Source: Owenia fusiformis
Lineage: Eukaryota
Reading direction: 5' to 3'
DNA: 64,000 nt
Assembly (NCBI GenBank): GCA_903813345.2
Contig: CAIIXF020000001.1
Location: 13,826,001-13,890,000, forward strand
The notes beneath the pieces are model-generated. The model ran no database searches, had not been told where the DNA came from, and saw nothing but the letters and a program-made list of their open reading frames with translations. The position numbers and the translations under genes are program-made. Below are positions 29,501 to 39,413 of this stretch, piece after piece. Every line of letters begins with the position of its first letter. Within the stretch, counting starts at the first letter, position 1.

Positions 29501-32500
29501 AACATTTATGTGACTTATGTATTCCAAAGACAGTTTTAAATACTACCATTTCATTATGCCAGGCTTAATTTCCATTAAAAGCCAAACATTGCAAAATATG
29601 CTGCCTGATCCTATAATACCCAAATTGGTGACTGACAACCTCTTTTGTATATAGGAAATTGTAATTGAAAAATAAATATTGATTATTAATAAAAATAGTT
29701 TGATTTTGCTCCTCTAAAAGAGAACTTCATGTACACTCTGACTGAGCGGTGATGCTTTGATCTAACCTTAACTGATTAGAATACTTGGAAGATCAAATCC
29801 AGAGCCCGATCAGAATAGAATTCATTTAATCTTATGTTTTTGTAAGTACATGGCAATCATTTCACAACAGAACACTCATTTAAGGCCATAACAGCTATTT
29901 TTGAGGCGATTTAAAATCAAACGGTTATATTCACTAGTACTCCACACAAGTAAAAGGTTTACCTTCTATAATAGTACTCGAAGCAGTCATTGCAGTAGTG
30001 CTCTCCAGCTGATAGATGGTACCATCGTGATGTCATGCCATCTCCACAGCAACTAAATATTAATATACAAAATATTTAGTCTATCAATTCAATTTGTATT
30101 TACGCTGTTCAAAATGTATCTTTATGCCAACTATAATCTCAATGTATCAAACCAATATGAGACAAGGCATTAACATGCAAAATGTCACCACCTGCCATTT
30201 GTTACAGATGCCAACCACCAAACACCAACTGCAAAACACCATCCACAAAAAAGTTGGAGACTTTAACAATATGTCACTACTTGTCACTATGCGTATATGT
30301 GCAAATATTCAATGGGGAAGGTGTTCAGTTTGTAAAAAGACAAAGTTATTTCATTATGGTTTAACCCTCCCTTTCCCTCATAAAACAAAATTAGAAAATG
30401 TTGATTTGCCTTTCAGTTGTTTTTTCAAAAGATCATTTTTACACTCTCATTTGCTTAACCCCCATCCAGTTATATGGACTTTGTTAAAATCATAATAAGA
30501 GAACGTAAAATATTTATGTATTGATCAGTATATATTTGTGATGGGTAGAGAGTAAATCTTGTTTAAGAACATCGCAAATCAGCCCCCACCCTCTTAGCTA
30601 CTTTCAATTACAAACAGATACAGGTAAATAGAGAGGATGTAATGCTAGTAGCCTAGTAGTTAAAGAAATCTGCTAATGCAAACTCACCGTGCAGCACAAC
30701 GTATGGCACAGATAGGAATATCAGAAGTACAGCGAGACATCCCACACTTTCTATACATAGATCCATCTGGTCTCTCCAAAATCACATCTCTCTTCTTCAC
30801 CTTCTTATCTTCAGATTGGCCTGGGCCTCTATTATATGCAACAAAATATATGATCACAAACTCACAAATTCACGAAATGTTTAACGTTTTAAATACTGTA
30901 CATGAAGTAATAGTGTTTTCAACCAAATATGTAATCTAAATCATATCAAAGATTTTTCTAGTTTATACCTATGACCATGTGCAATGTTCTTTTTCATCAA
31001 TTTCTTATAATGGGTTAAAAATTCTCATTTAGATACAAATGGATTCACCTTGGTGAAATTTTATTTCCAAATTCTAAACTAAGTGTTGCACACACATGAA
31101 TGCCTTTCATTAACTTATATTGATTTAACATACTTTGGAGACTGAACTGCAGCAGCAGACTTTGGTGTACTTGGTGCTGACTTGATGACTTTAACTTTCT
31201 TTGGTCGAATCTTATCTTGTATGTTCTTAAAATTTATTGTCCCCTCTGCCGGTGCAGGCTTGGATTTCTTCTTTGGTGATTCAACAATTGGCTTTGATTT
31301 CTTCTTTGGTGACTCTACAATGGGTGTATTTTCTGCAGCGGCCCTCGCTTTATCTTCAGCTGATTTTTTCTGACTCCTTGGACTCTTAGCGTCTTCTTTT
31401 ACTGCCTTATCCTCGACTCTAGGGCTTTTTGATGAAGAGTTGGGCGATGAGATTTCTTTTGGTGATATGTATTCTTCTTCATCGTAACGTTTTTTAGGTT
31501 TACGGGCACGCTTGCCTTCAACAATTATCGGTTGATGGAATAAGGGGAGATATTCAGCATCAACTCCCATGTTCTCTTGTGGAATAGGGACAGCAAGTTC
31601 TTTCGGAACATTTTGGCTGATAGGTTTTTGACTCCTAGAGGTTTTCTCAACCTTCAATGTATCCTCACTTGGTACTTGAGATCCATTTTCTGGTTCTAGA
31701 GTTTGTGCTATTTGACTACCAGTGTTATCATTTTTATTATCTGGTGTAGTTTCTTTAGGGCTTGTTTTTAAGGAGGTATTGGTATCATCTTCAGCATTAG
31801 GTTTTTCATCAGTTACATTTTCATTACTTGTATTACTGGACACAGAAAATCTCTTCTTTGAAGGGCGACCACGGCCTCGTTTAGGCGATACTAGTGTCTC
31901 AGTCTCTTTTTCCAGTACACTTTTCTCATCTTCTTTGACATCTCCCGCATCATTTAATTTTTGTTCAGTAAGAGCATCTCCTTTTACTCTAATAGTTTCA
32001 GGTTCATCTTCTGGTTTAGCAGGTGTTTCATCATTTATGTTTTCATTACTTCCATTACTTGACACAGATAACCTCTTCTTTGAAGGGCGACCACGTCCTC
32101 TTTTAGGCGATACTAATGTCTCAGTCTCCTTTTCCAGTTTAACTTTCTCATTATTGGGTACAATTTTTTCATCTCCTTTAACATCCCCTTCATCATTTTG
32201 TTGTATTACAGCATCTCCTTTCGCTTCAACAGTTTCAACAATAGCGTCATCTTCAGTGTTAGGTTTTTCATCAGTAATGTTTTCATTACTTACATTACTT
32301 GATACAGATAACCTCTTCTTTGAAGGCCGACCACGTCCTCTTTTAGGCGATACTAATGTCTCAGCCCCCTTTTCCAGTATAGTATTCTCATTTTCAGGTA
32401 CAATTTCCTCATCTTCTTTATCATTTCCTGCATCATTTGACTTTTGTTCTGTTAGAGTACCTTCCTTTTCTCCAATAGTTTCCTGTTCATCTTCCAGTTT

Positions 32501-32608
32501 AGCACGTTTACTCGTTGGTGTACTAGTGATGCTATCATTGTTGTCATCTCCTATAGATTGTAAACTTTTCCTTGGACGTCCTCGTTTTCTCGTGCTTGCT
32601 TCTTCCAT
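8591..32608 (-). CDS. KDM1B: Lysine-specific histone demethylase 1B (LSD2/AOF1), 18 coding exons, ~1681 aa, with long N- and C-terminal extensions
   Basis: Phase-consistent GT-AG exons (minus): 32608-31134, 30828-30688, 30052-29963, 21877-21781, 16586-16419, 16125-15960, 15600-15444, 15190-15127, 14829-14647, 14229-14020, 13769-13598, 13116-12857, 12524-12450, 12052-11936, 11608-11483, 11094-10963, 10458-10306, 9850-8591 (sum 5046 nt). Domains: LSD2 C4H2C2 finger ([12 protein letters not shown]...[31 protein letters not shown]), CW finger ([12 protein letters not shown]), SWIRM ([12 protein letters not shown]...LICRGLVRI...[12 protein letters not shown]), and amine oxidase ([53 protein letters not shown]). 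Confidence 0.93.
10055..10147. mobile_element. 93-bp hairpin MITE with 9-bp TSD
   Basis: TAGCCAAACTCGTCTGGCCCAGTTATCTACTC ... GAGTAGATAACTGTGCCAGACGGTTTTGGTTA flanked by GTGTCCAGG at 10046-10054 and 10148-10156. Confidence 0.8.
16893..17159 (+). promoter_or_regulatory. Putative immune-inducible promoter of the PBZ-GIMAP gene
   Basis: GGGGATTCCCC (kB palindrome) 16893-16903, TATAAAT 17113-17119, TTCTCAGAA (GAS/STAT) 17125-17133, GAACTGAAACT 17131-17141 and GAAAGTGAAACT (ISRE/IRF-E) 17148-17159, lying 280-550 bp upstream of ATG 17440. Confidence 0.5.
17440..20768 (+). CDS. AIG1/GIMAP-family GTPase with N-terminal myristoylation motif and two PBZ-like CCHH zinc fingers (3 coding exons, ~374 aa), nested antisense in a KDM1B intron
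   Basis: Exons 17440-17600 (ends phase 2, ag|GTAGG), 18808-18899 (TTTTAG| ... g|GTGAGT) and 19897-20768 (TTCAG|) join in frame. GTPase motifs: G1 GKTGAGKS, G3 DTPG, GIMAP conserved box [14 protein letters not shown]4 FTCGD, G5 INNK. AATAAA at ~20896 and ~20951. The GTPase exon is very secure; the two upstream exons are my inference from splice phase and motifs. Confidence 0.85.
21354..21635. mobile_element. Tc1/mariner MITE
   Basis: TA-CAGGGTGTCCCGAAA(A)GTATG ... CATACTTTCGGGACACCCTG-TA. Confidence 0.85.
22041..22654. mobile_element. MITE with ~60-bp TIRs and 8-bp TSD (hAT/MULE-like)
   Basis: GGTAAAGATTAAAAGGTGGATTGGATCGAGTGGATTGG ... CCAATCCACTCGATCCAATCCACCTTTTAATCTCTACC; AAATAGAC at 22033-22040 and 22655-22662. 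Confidence 0.85.
23122..27478 (-). mobile_element. Academ-like (AcademX) DNA transposon relic
   Basis: ~200-bp imperfect TIRs (TAGGCTAGGCAAATGG...CCATTTGCTTGGCCTA) and a 3-bp TSD TAG (23119-23121 / 27479-27481). Degenerate minus-strand fragments: [14 protein letters not shown] / [11 protein letters not shown] (XPG/PIN-like, ~26190-26390), [20 protein letters not shown] (~25380-25445), and Cys-rich [25 protein letters not shown] (~25190-25275). Confidence 0.8.
24000..24551. mobile_element. Tc1/mariner-like MITE nested in the Academ relic (left end eroded)
   Basis: GAGCCAAAAAAGGTAACCCAA ... TTGGGTTACCTTTTTGGCTCGCCCTG-TA. Confidence 0.6.
27643..29502 (+). CDS. Glutathione S-transferase, theta class (4 exons), nested antisense in a KDM1B intron
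   Basis: Exons 27643-27766, 28464-28557, 28707-28857, 29167-29502 join in frame: [18 protein letters not shown] (theta SQP motif), [63 protein letters not shown]. Confidence 0.92.
30162..30290 (-). repeat. Short dispersed HINE-like repeat family (ACAAGGCATTAACATGCAAAATGTCACCACCTGCCATTTGTTACAGA)
   Basis: Copies at ~49-100, 4555-4650, 12088-12232, 12600-12755, 14272-14430 and 30162-30290, and inverted at ~48900-49037 and 52027-52132. ATGTCACC/GGTGACAT subterminal IR and terminal GCAT..ATGC hairpin. Confidence 0.75.
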
Positions 32609-33851
32609 TCCTGAAAATAAAACTTCTGGTCTTAAGTACAAATGATGATATTATAGCAGTACTTTGAACTTGATTATTTTAAACTTGCTATATATTAGCA
32701 GCAACCCTGTAATATTCGCAAAAATTGTGCAGCATTTAACAAGTAGCTAAATACATACATGATCAAGGTTGAAGCCAGGGACTGGTGAAGGCATTTTCTT
32801 AAAATAGGTGATGCAAATTTAAACAGAAGAAGCAAAACTTAAGCAAAAAAGGATTTTATACTCCTATGTGACATAATTTTCACAAGTATTGTGTAGAACT
32901 GTCTACAATTTGAAACTACTTCTGAAATTACAAGTACCTCGTAGTTGAGTCGAAATACTGTACCCTCTATTTTTACATGCACCTTACTATTTAATGGATC
33001 GGATGGTCTGCCTTTATTATCTTTTCACTTATTGAAACATATAGAGTACATGTACATTTGAATGCTTTTTAGCTTGTTTTTAGTCAAACAAGTTCATAGT
33101 ACCACCAGAGCTTATATAGGGAGACTCATGGCTCAATAAAATTCTAGTACCTCTGATACATGACATACATATCGGTTAAAGTGCCAGCTGTAAAATTATC
33201 AGTGTATGGAGTTAAGAATAGCTAGAAAGTAGAGGCTTGGTTCATTTTGGGTGTATTTTGAGGTATATAATACATTTTCAGTGAAGATTTCCAAAGGTGT
33301 ATTGAAAATCTTTGGGTAATAACTGTAACAATTTGATAATTAACCTTCACAGTTTAGGTGAGTACATTCATTTGGTATCATTAAGAAATCAATTAATTTC
33401 ACTGCCAAAAAAACATTTAGCCTGCAAAAACATAAGCAGAAAGTCATACTGATTGCTTCATATCGACAAGCGAAAACACTTTTACAGGGAAAACATATCC
33501 AAAAACACCATTTCAAATGAAACTGAAAATTAATTGTGTCAGAAATATTTTACTTATTTTAAAATTGGACTAATCTTGACTTGCCTATCTTACAAGATCT
33601 ATTATTTTTCATTTATCAATTTATTCATATTCATTTCTCAACTACAATTAATTGCAGGTTAATCTGTGCCTACAAGCTTGTTTCGGTTTGTTCTTAATAC
33701 AATTATACTACCATGTATTGTACCAAAAAGCATTAAATACAAACCTACAATATACAGAAAAGTAATATCGGCCTAAACAATTTTTCTGAACTCATATTTT
33801 TGAAATTGTAATGGTAGGTCGTAGATTATAGTAAACAAATATGTCAAGACT

Positions 33852-34107
33852 CACTGGCGGATTAGGGGGGGGGGCCTGGGGGCCCGGGCCCCCCCCCCTT
33901 GGGTGGGCCCAGAAAAAAAAATTGGGCCCAAAAAAGCCTTAAGGCCCCAAAAAGTCGGCCTTTTTGGTCATAACTGGGCCTTTTAAGGCCTTATTTTTTT
34001 AATTCAGGCCAAATTTTGAAGAAAATGGGCCTCAAAATTTCAAAACGTTTTTTCACTGACCTAAAATTTGGGCCCCCCCCCCTTGTTGGTTGCCAGATCC
34101 GCCCCTG
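33852..34107. mobile_element. GC-rich MITE with 5-bp TSD; partial copies at ~3180-3390, 24925-25150 and 39147-39210
   Basis: CACTGGCGGAT ... ATCCGCCCCTG termini; AGACT at 33847-33851 and 34108-34112; poly-G/GGGCCC interior shared with the other copies. Confidence 0.8.
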
Positions 34108-34899
34108 AGACTGCTTTCTATTTTCAATGTAAAATTTGACCAAACTAACATGTTCTGCTGCTGTTGTTTACTTCCAGATTTCCCAGAATTCTTATGACCT
34201 CCATCCGGGCCAGGTATCGTAAAAAATTAAAACCACAAAATAAGTGATTATCAGCGTTTTAGGTGAGAAATTGTTATATTCCTTTATTTCTAGACTTTTT
34301 TACAATGTCCATTTTAATTGTCCAGGCATAGAATCATATGATTATTTAGAATGAAAATGGGCTGGGATATTAGAGTCTCTAACTGAACTCGGCCACATTT
34401 GCACCCAAGTTGCCACTCGCGATATCCAGTACGAGCCTTAATGTATAGAATGGGATGAGACAACAACCCAAAGTGATTTATACTTTATTTGGTGCTTTTA
34501 TAAATTGTCTATTACTTCTCATCAATGTATTTCATGTATCAAACTCAAAAACTGATGATTGACATTCTTTAGTCGAAATAACTTTAATTTATGTTTGCTA
34601 ATTTGTCTGTCAATTACTTTGTTTTTCCAATGTCTCTTAAAGGTGGCAAGCAGAAATATGTGTTAAGAGTCACACATAAAAATTTTCAGGACAATGCACA
34701 TTGTGTAATGTCTTTCTGTACAATAGGTTTCGATGTAATGCAGAACCCCTTTTATCCAAGGTCTTTTATAACATAGGTCTAGTAGGTCAAGTAGGGTGAA
34801 GGGGTATAATGTAGACAGCATTTTGTGGTAACTTTGACAAATGGGGTAACTTCAACACCTTGTTGTTTATTTGCTCTAATTTCCAATCTAGGGGGAAGC

Positions 34900-35470
34900 T
34901 TACTTAGTTTGCACAAAGCTATCTCCTGAGAGATAGCTTTGCATATGCTGATATTCCCAGTCCTTTATTAAGGTCTTTTGTAAAAATGTAAGAAATCTTG
35001 GAAACATTTACCCTACTTCAATTGATGCATAACATTCTAAAGTATCGTTTTTCTAACCATATCTGGCTCTCCGTAGTGGAAGAGGAAATATATTGACGAA
35101 AAATGTTGAAGAGTTGATCATTTTCAAGATGGCTTTTCAGGAAGTTGGGTAATGCGCATGCGCCTCCATGCCATGAGATTTCCGCTTCCGGTTACACGCA
35201 TGTGCACTGGCAAGACTTCCTGGTCAGACGACATGGAAAATAACAAGTTCCAAATACATTTTTCGTCAATTACACTGTCTCCCGACTCCGGATCGCGTGA
35301 TATGGTCAGGAAAACAATACTTTAGAATGTTCTGCATAGATTGAAATAGAGTAAATGTTTCTAAGATTTCTTACATTTTTGTAAAAGACCTTTAACGTGG
35401 GCTGGGAATATCAACATATGCATAGCCATCTATCTAAAGATGGCTATGTGCAAATACTTGTATATAGTAA
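34900..35470. mobile_element. Foldback element (~550 bp); half copy at ~17944-18250
   Basis: TTTGCACAAAGCTATC...GATATTCCCAG...AAGGTCTTTTGTAAAAATGTAAGAAATCTT is mirrored at the right end; centre carries GCGCATGCGC; 17944-18250 matches one arm. Confidence 0.75.
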
Positions 35471-35766
35471 GGGAAAGCCATGTTTTTTTTATGCATGAAT
35501 CGAGATTTCGCAGGGTCTTGACTCTTAATTTTTCCAGAAATCAAACTTGACAGTAAACGGAAATTCTACTTCTAATAAGTAAGTGTCGAAGTAGCCCCAT
35601 TTCTCATGTCGACATTACCCCACATGTCGACGTTAGGGCCCTACACCCCTTTGCCCTAGTTTGCCATTGTGATGGCTACTTTATCAGATGATGATAAGAA
35701 GACAACTAGGATCACCGAGTCCACCTCGAAAAAAGTTATTGACATACTATCTGCCTACAGATATTA

Positions 35767-37143
35767 GCCAGATCGTTTTGTAGTAGGATCTCATAGGCTC
35801 AAAGAATAATACAGAAGATGCGTCACTTAAATTGGAAAATTCCCAAAAAAGTGACCACCTTTCAAAATGTTCTTTATACAAAATGGTACCTGTTTCCCCA
35901 ATGACAGATTTTGCACTTAATTTATAGCTGAGATCTTCATCTTTCTATTTCTACTTGTTTGGTTCAAGTAAATAACCTATTGACGCAGTAATTTGACTTT
36001 TAATACGGCAAATATTTTTCACTCGATCCAGACTCTTGTGTATCCAAATATCATTGTTAAGCTGACGTCACACTTCCGAATATACACGACGTGAAACGAA
36101 ACTCCTTCGGATTTGGACAGACAAGAGTCCGGCAATAAAATATCACTGTTTTTGGCCTCTTATCAATGCAGTATTGCTTGAATATCGGTCATAGGTGATA
36201 AAAAAGTTAAAAAATAATGAGACACTTCGAATGAGGTATGATTTGTCTCATATTTTTCAGAAATGGCTCCACAATCGTCATTTTAAAATTTGAAATTTTC
36301 TGAGGTGTCTCATCTGGGGCCGTGAATTTGTACGATCCACGTCTAATCTGGATAAATTTTGTCATGGTAATGATGCATTGTGGGATTAATCCAAGAATTA
36401 CTCAGATGCGAGTAGGTAGTTACCAGTTCCGCCACCAGGTGGCTGATTCGGGGGAAATAACATGGCAGGGTATTACAAAATTCCCGTAAACTTGAATATT
36501 TATCAGTTTTAGTGGTTCACTTTTCGACCCTTATGTATGTGATAGTTATACAAATTAAAATATGTCCAGTAAAAGAAAATATTATCTGCCCAACACAAGA
36601 AAAGATATTTCACTTTTTTTGATTTTCCAACATGGGGGCTATGGGGAATCTCCCCGACCTAGAAGTCACATTTTCAAAGAAAATTAAATTTTCAAGGTTG
36701 ATAAACTCTTTTCAAAACCATATTTCTAGATGTAATTTTACATGTAGATTCCAAATATGACATCAGTTTGACTGAATTTTGAATTTTTAATGACGTAAAT
36801 CAAGAGTATTTCTACTCGCATCTAGGATATTTATCCAAAAATCGGTGAATTTGTACGATCCTGGGATTAATCTCAGGATAAATCTCAATCCACCTCTTGA
36901 GGTGGATTACGTGTACTTTTTGGATAAATTTTATCCGAATTCCAATGCAAATTGGATAAATCTTGGGGATTCCCCCTCATAATCCTCGGATCGTACGAAT
37001 TCACCAAATATTTATCGGATTAGTAATCCAAGATTTATCCCAAAAGATAAAATTTATCTGGATTGGATTGGGGATCGTACGAATTCACGGCCCAAGGAGG
37101 AATATTTACTGAGCTACTGATCCTACTACAAAAGAATCTGGCC
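35767..37143. repeat. Nested inverted-repeat (MITE) stack upstream of VPS13B
   Basis: Outer IR GCCAGATCGTTTTGTAGTAGGATC / GATCCTACTACAAAAGAATCTGGC; inner IR GGGCCGTGAATTTGTACGATCC (~36317) / GGATCGTACGAATTCACGGCCC (~37093); further inner IRs at ~36405-36823 and ~36844-37005. Confidence 0.7.
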
Positions 37144-39413
37144 GGGATCTATGTATCTGCCCGGGATTTATTGTCAAGATGGCCGACAGAGTTCAAAACG
37201 AAGTCGAAAAGTCAGTTTGCAAGTGGAAGTGATCGATGCTGAAAAAGTTGAGCATTCAATGACACATTGTCATAACTATTGGTAGATTAAAAATTTGTGA
37301 TTAAAATGCACTTACTTTTAGTATTGACAAACGGCTAATTGAGGCTAAAATTTCAAATGATTGATAGAAACTTTTCAGATCACAAAAAAGCATGAATCTC
37401 GTTTTGAAAATTTTCCTCGACAGGTGGCGCAAATCATCAAAACACGAAAAGCGCCAGAGTGGCAAAACTTCAACTTTATGGTAAGTTTTTGCATGATCTA
37501 TGTAAAAATTTCACTTGATTTGATTCTTACCTACTTGTAAAAGTATTGGACAAAATATATATCGAAAACAGTGGGGTAAGAAGGTGTAGTCTTCAAATGA
37601 ATATTTTTTGTAGATGTTCGAATTTTTTTTCACAAACAACACACTCACCTTTGGGTTATCGAATCCTACGACCACTTTAGATTGTAGACGACAACGTAGT
37701 GGCGGTCGTAGGATGCGATAAGGGACAGCATCTTTTCCAATCAATCGAGATTGTGCCATGCAGCCGAAGGTAAGCCATACAACCGAAGGTAAGCCATACA
37801 ACCGAATTTTGCCGATTCAATCTGACGGAGAATGCGGAGCCTCTATTTTTGACCAATTAGAGAAGTCCTCTTCACATTCATGGTACCTTGGCCAACTTCG
37901 TTTGCAAAGAAAAGCTTCGGCAATCTCCGGCTTTTGAGGCTATCTTTGGTTGCTTGCAAAAAGTCAACACCCGATGCGATATCGATCTTCATTATTCAGT
38001 TATAAGACTATTATATTCTATGGATTGTCTCCCGTACCGACAATTGTCTGTACTGGAGACTGCCCAGTGAGTATTTGCTTGGGTACCGACAATTGTCGTC
38101 ATTCTATCGTCTCCTAGTAGGGCAAGACAGAGGACCGACATTTGAAGTAAATCTTCTACTCCTTGTTACAGTGTTAAAAAGGCAAGAACTTAACTTCGAC
38201 ATATAAGTGTTACCTGATGAATGGGACCCTCACCTGCCTTCCAAATGGTAGTAAACGAACTCCAATGTTACTACATCAGCTTATCTTTCCGTCCGATCAA
38301 CAATAAGTACAGTTATACAAGAAATGTTACGAACTGAAAATATTCCCAAAAATTTTCCGAATGGCTTGTTATTTCCAGAAGTTATGATACGTTATATTAC
38401 CGAACGTGTGTGAAAATCTCTCATAAAATGAACGAACAAACATTCCATTTTCCGTCCGTCAACATTGGCCGCACAAATTAAAACTGCTATTTGGATTGAG
38501 TCATATCCACATTCATTTTATGCATATCCATAATGAAATGCCTATTTGACCTATCATCATCATTTCCCAAGTTCGCCCAGTTTCCGAGAAATTGCTGATT
38601 TTGACGTCAAAAAGTCAAATTTTCTGTAAATACTAGACACTTTGTTGAAGTAGAACTTTCAAATAACTTGTAGTAGTTGCTGTTTATGCAACTTATGTTC
38701 TCTGAAGATTTCAAAGCTCTTGGCTACAGTTTTTGGTGTTTACTCTATAAAATTTGACAAAAAGTAGGACTTAGTCATTTTCAGGAAACTTTCTCATGTA
38801 TAAAGACAATGGCAGGTTTTGTGATTGACAAGTTTCTTGCCTTATACTTGATCATTTCTTGCAATGAATTACATCATTACTAGATTTAAGCATTGCCTAC
38901 ATATTGCTCAGTATTTATCAGCATCAATTTTTTACCGTTTTTGAGATATTTGACGTCAAAAAACAGTAAGAATAAGTTATTTTTCAACTTGCTTCAATTT
39001 GACCAAATTTTTTTCAAAATCATCTACAAGTTGCCAGGAGTTCAAATCTGACATTAGTTTTAGGATTTGACCTTTACTTCACCTTCAGTGACCTTCGAAG
39101 GGTCAAAAAAGTTGATTTTTCAAATTGATTTTTGGATGTAAATTTTCAGGGGCGGATCTGGGAAGCAACAAGGGGGGGGGGGGGCCAAATTTCAGGTCAG
39201 AGAAAAAAAACATCCACGCTTGTAGACTATGGTTACTTGACAGAGTAGACTTTTACACAGATCAGAGTAGGCTACAGTGTATAAATGAATTAAATCTTGT
39301 TTTTCATTCCAGATAGTGTGTAGCTATAAGTTGGACAATATCAGAATATTCTGTTGCTGTGACGCTATGTGGTTGTATTTCAGTATGGTGGAACATCCTT
39401 AAAGTTAAACATA

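Noticed and set aside
31115-32641. 508-aa ORF as a stand-alone HMGA-like gene
   Set aside because: It has an acceptor at 32611 and a phase-2 donor at 31133 that joins the LSD2 zinc-finger exon; treated as KDM1B coding exon 1.
31722-32645. 307-aa plus-strand ORF (also 9408-9812, 8547-8900, 8997-9209, 20258-20680)
   Set aside because: Ser/Phe/Leu-rich antisense shadows of real coding exons.
37764-37806. CCGAAGGTAAGCCATACAA direct repeat
   Set aside because: Only two copies; a simple local duplication with no evidence of function.
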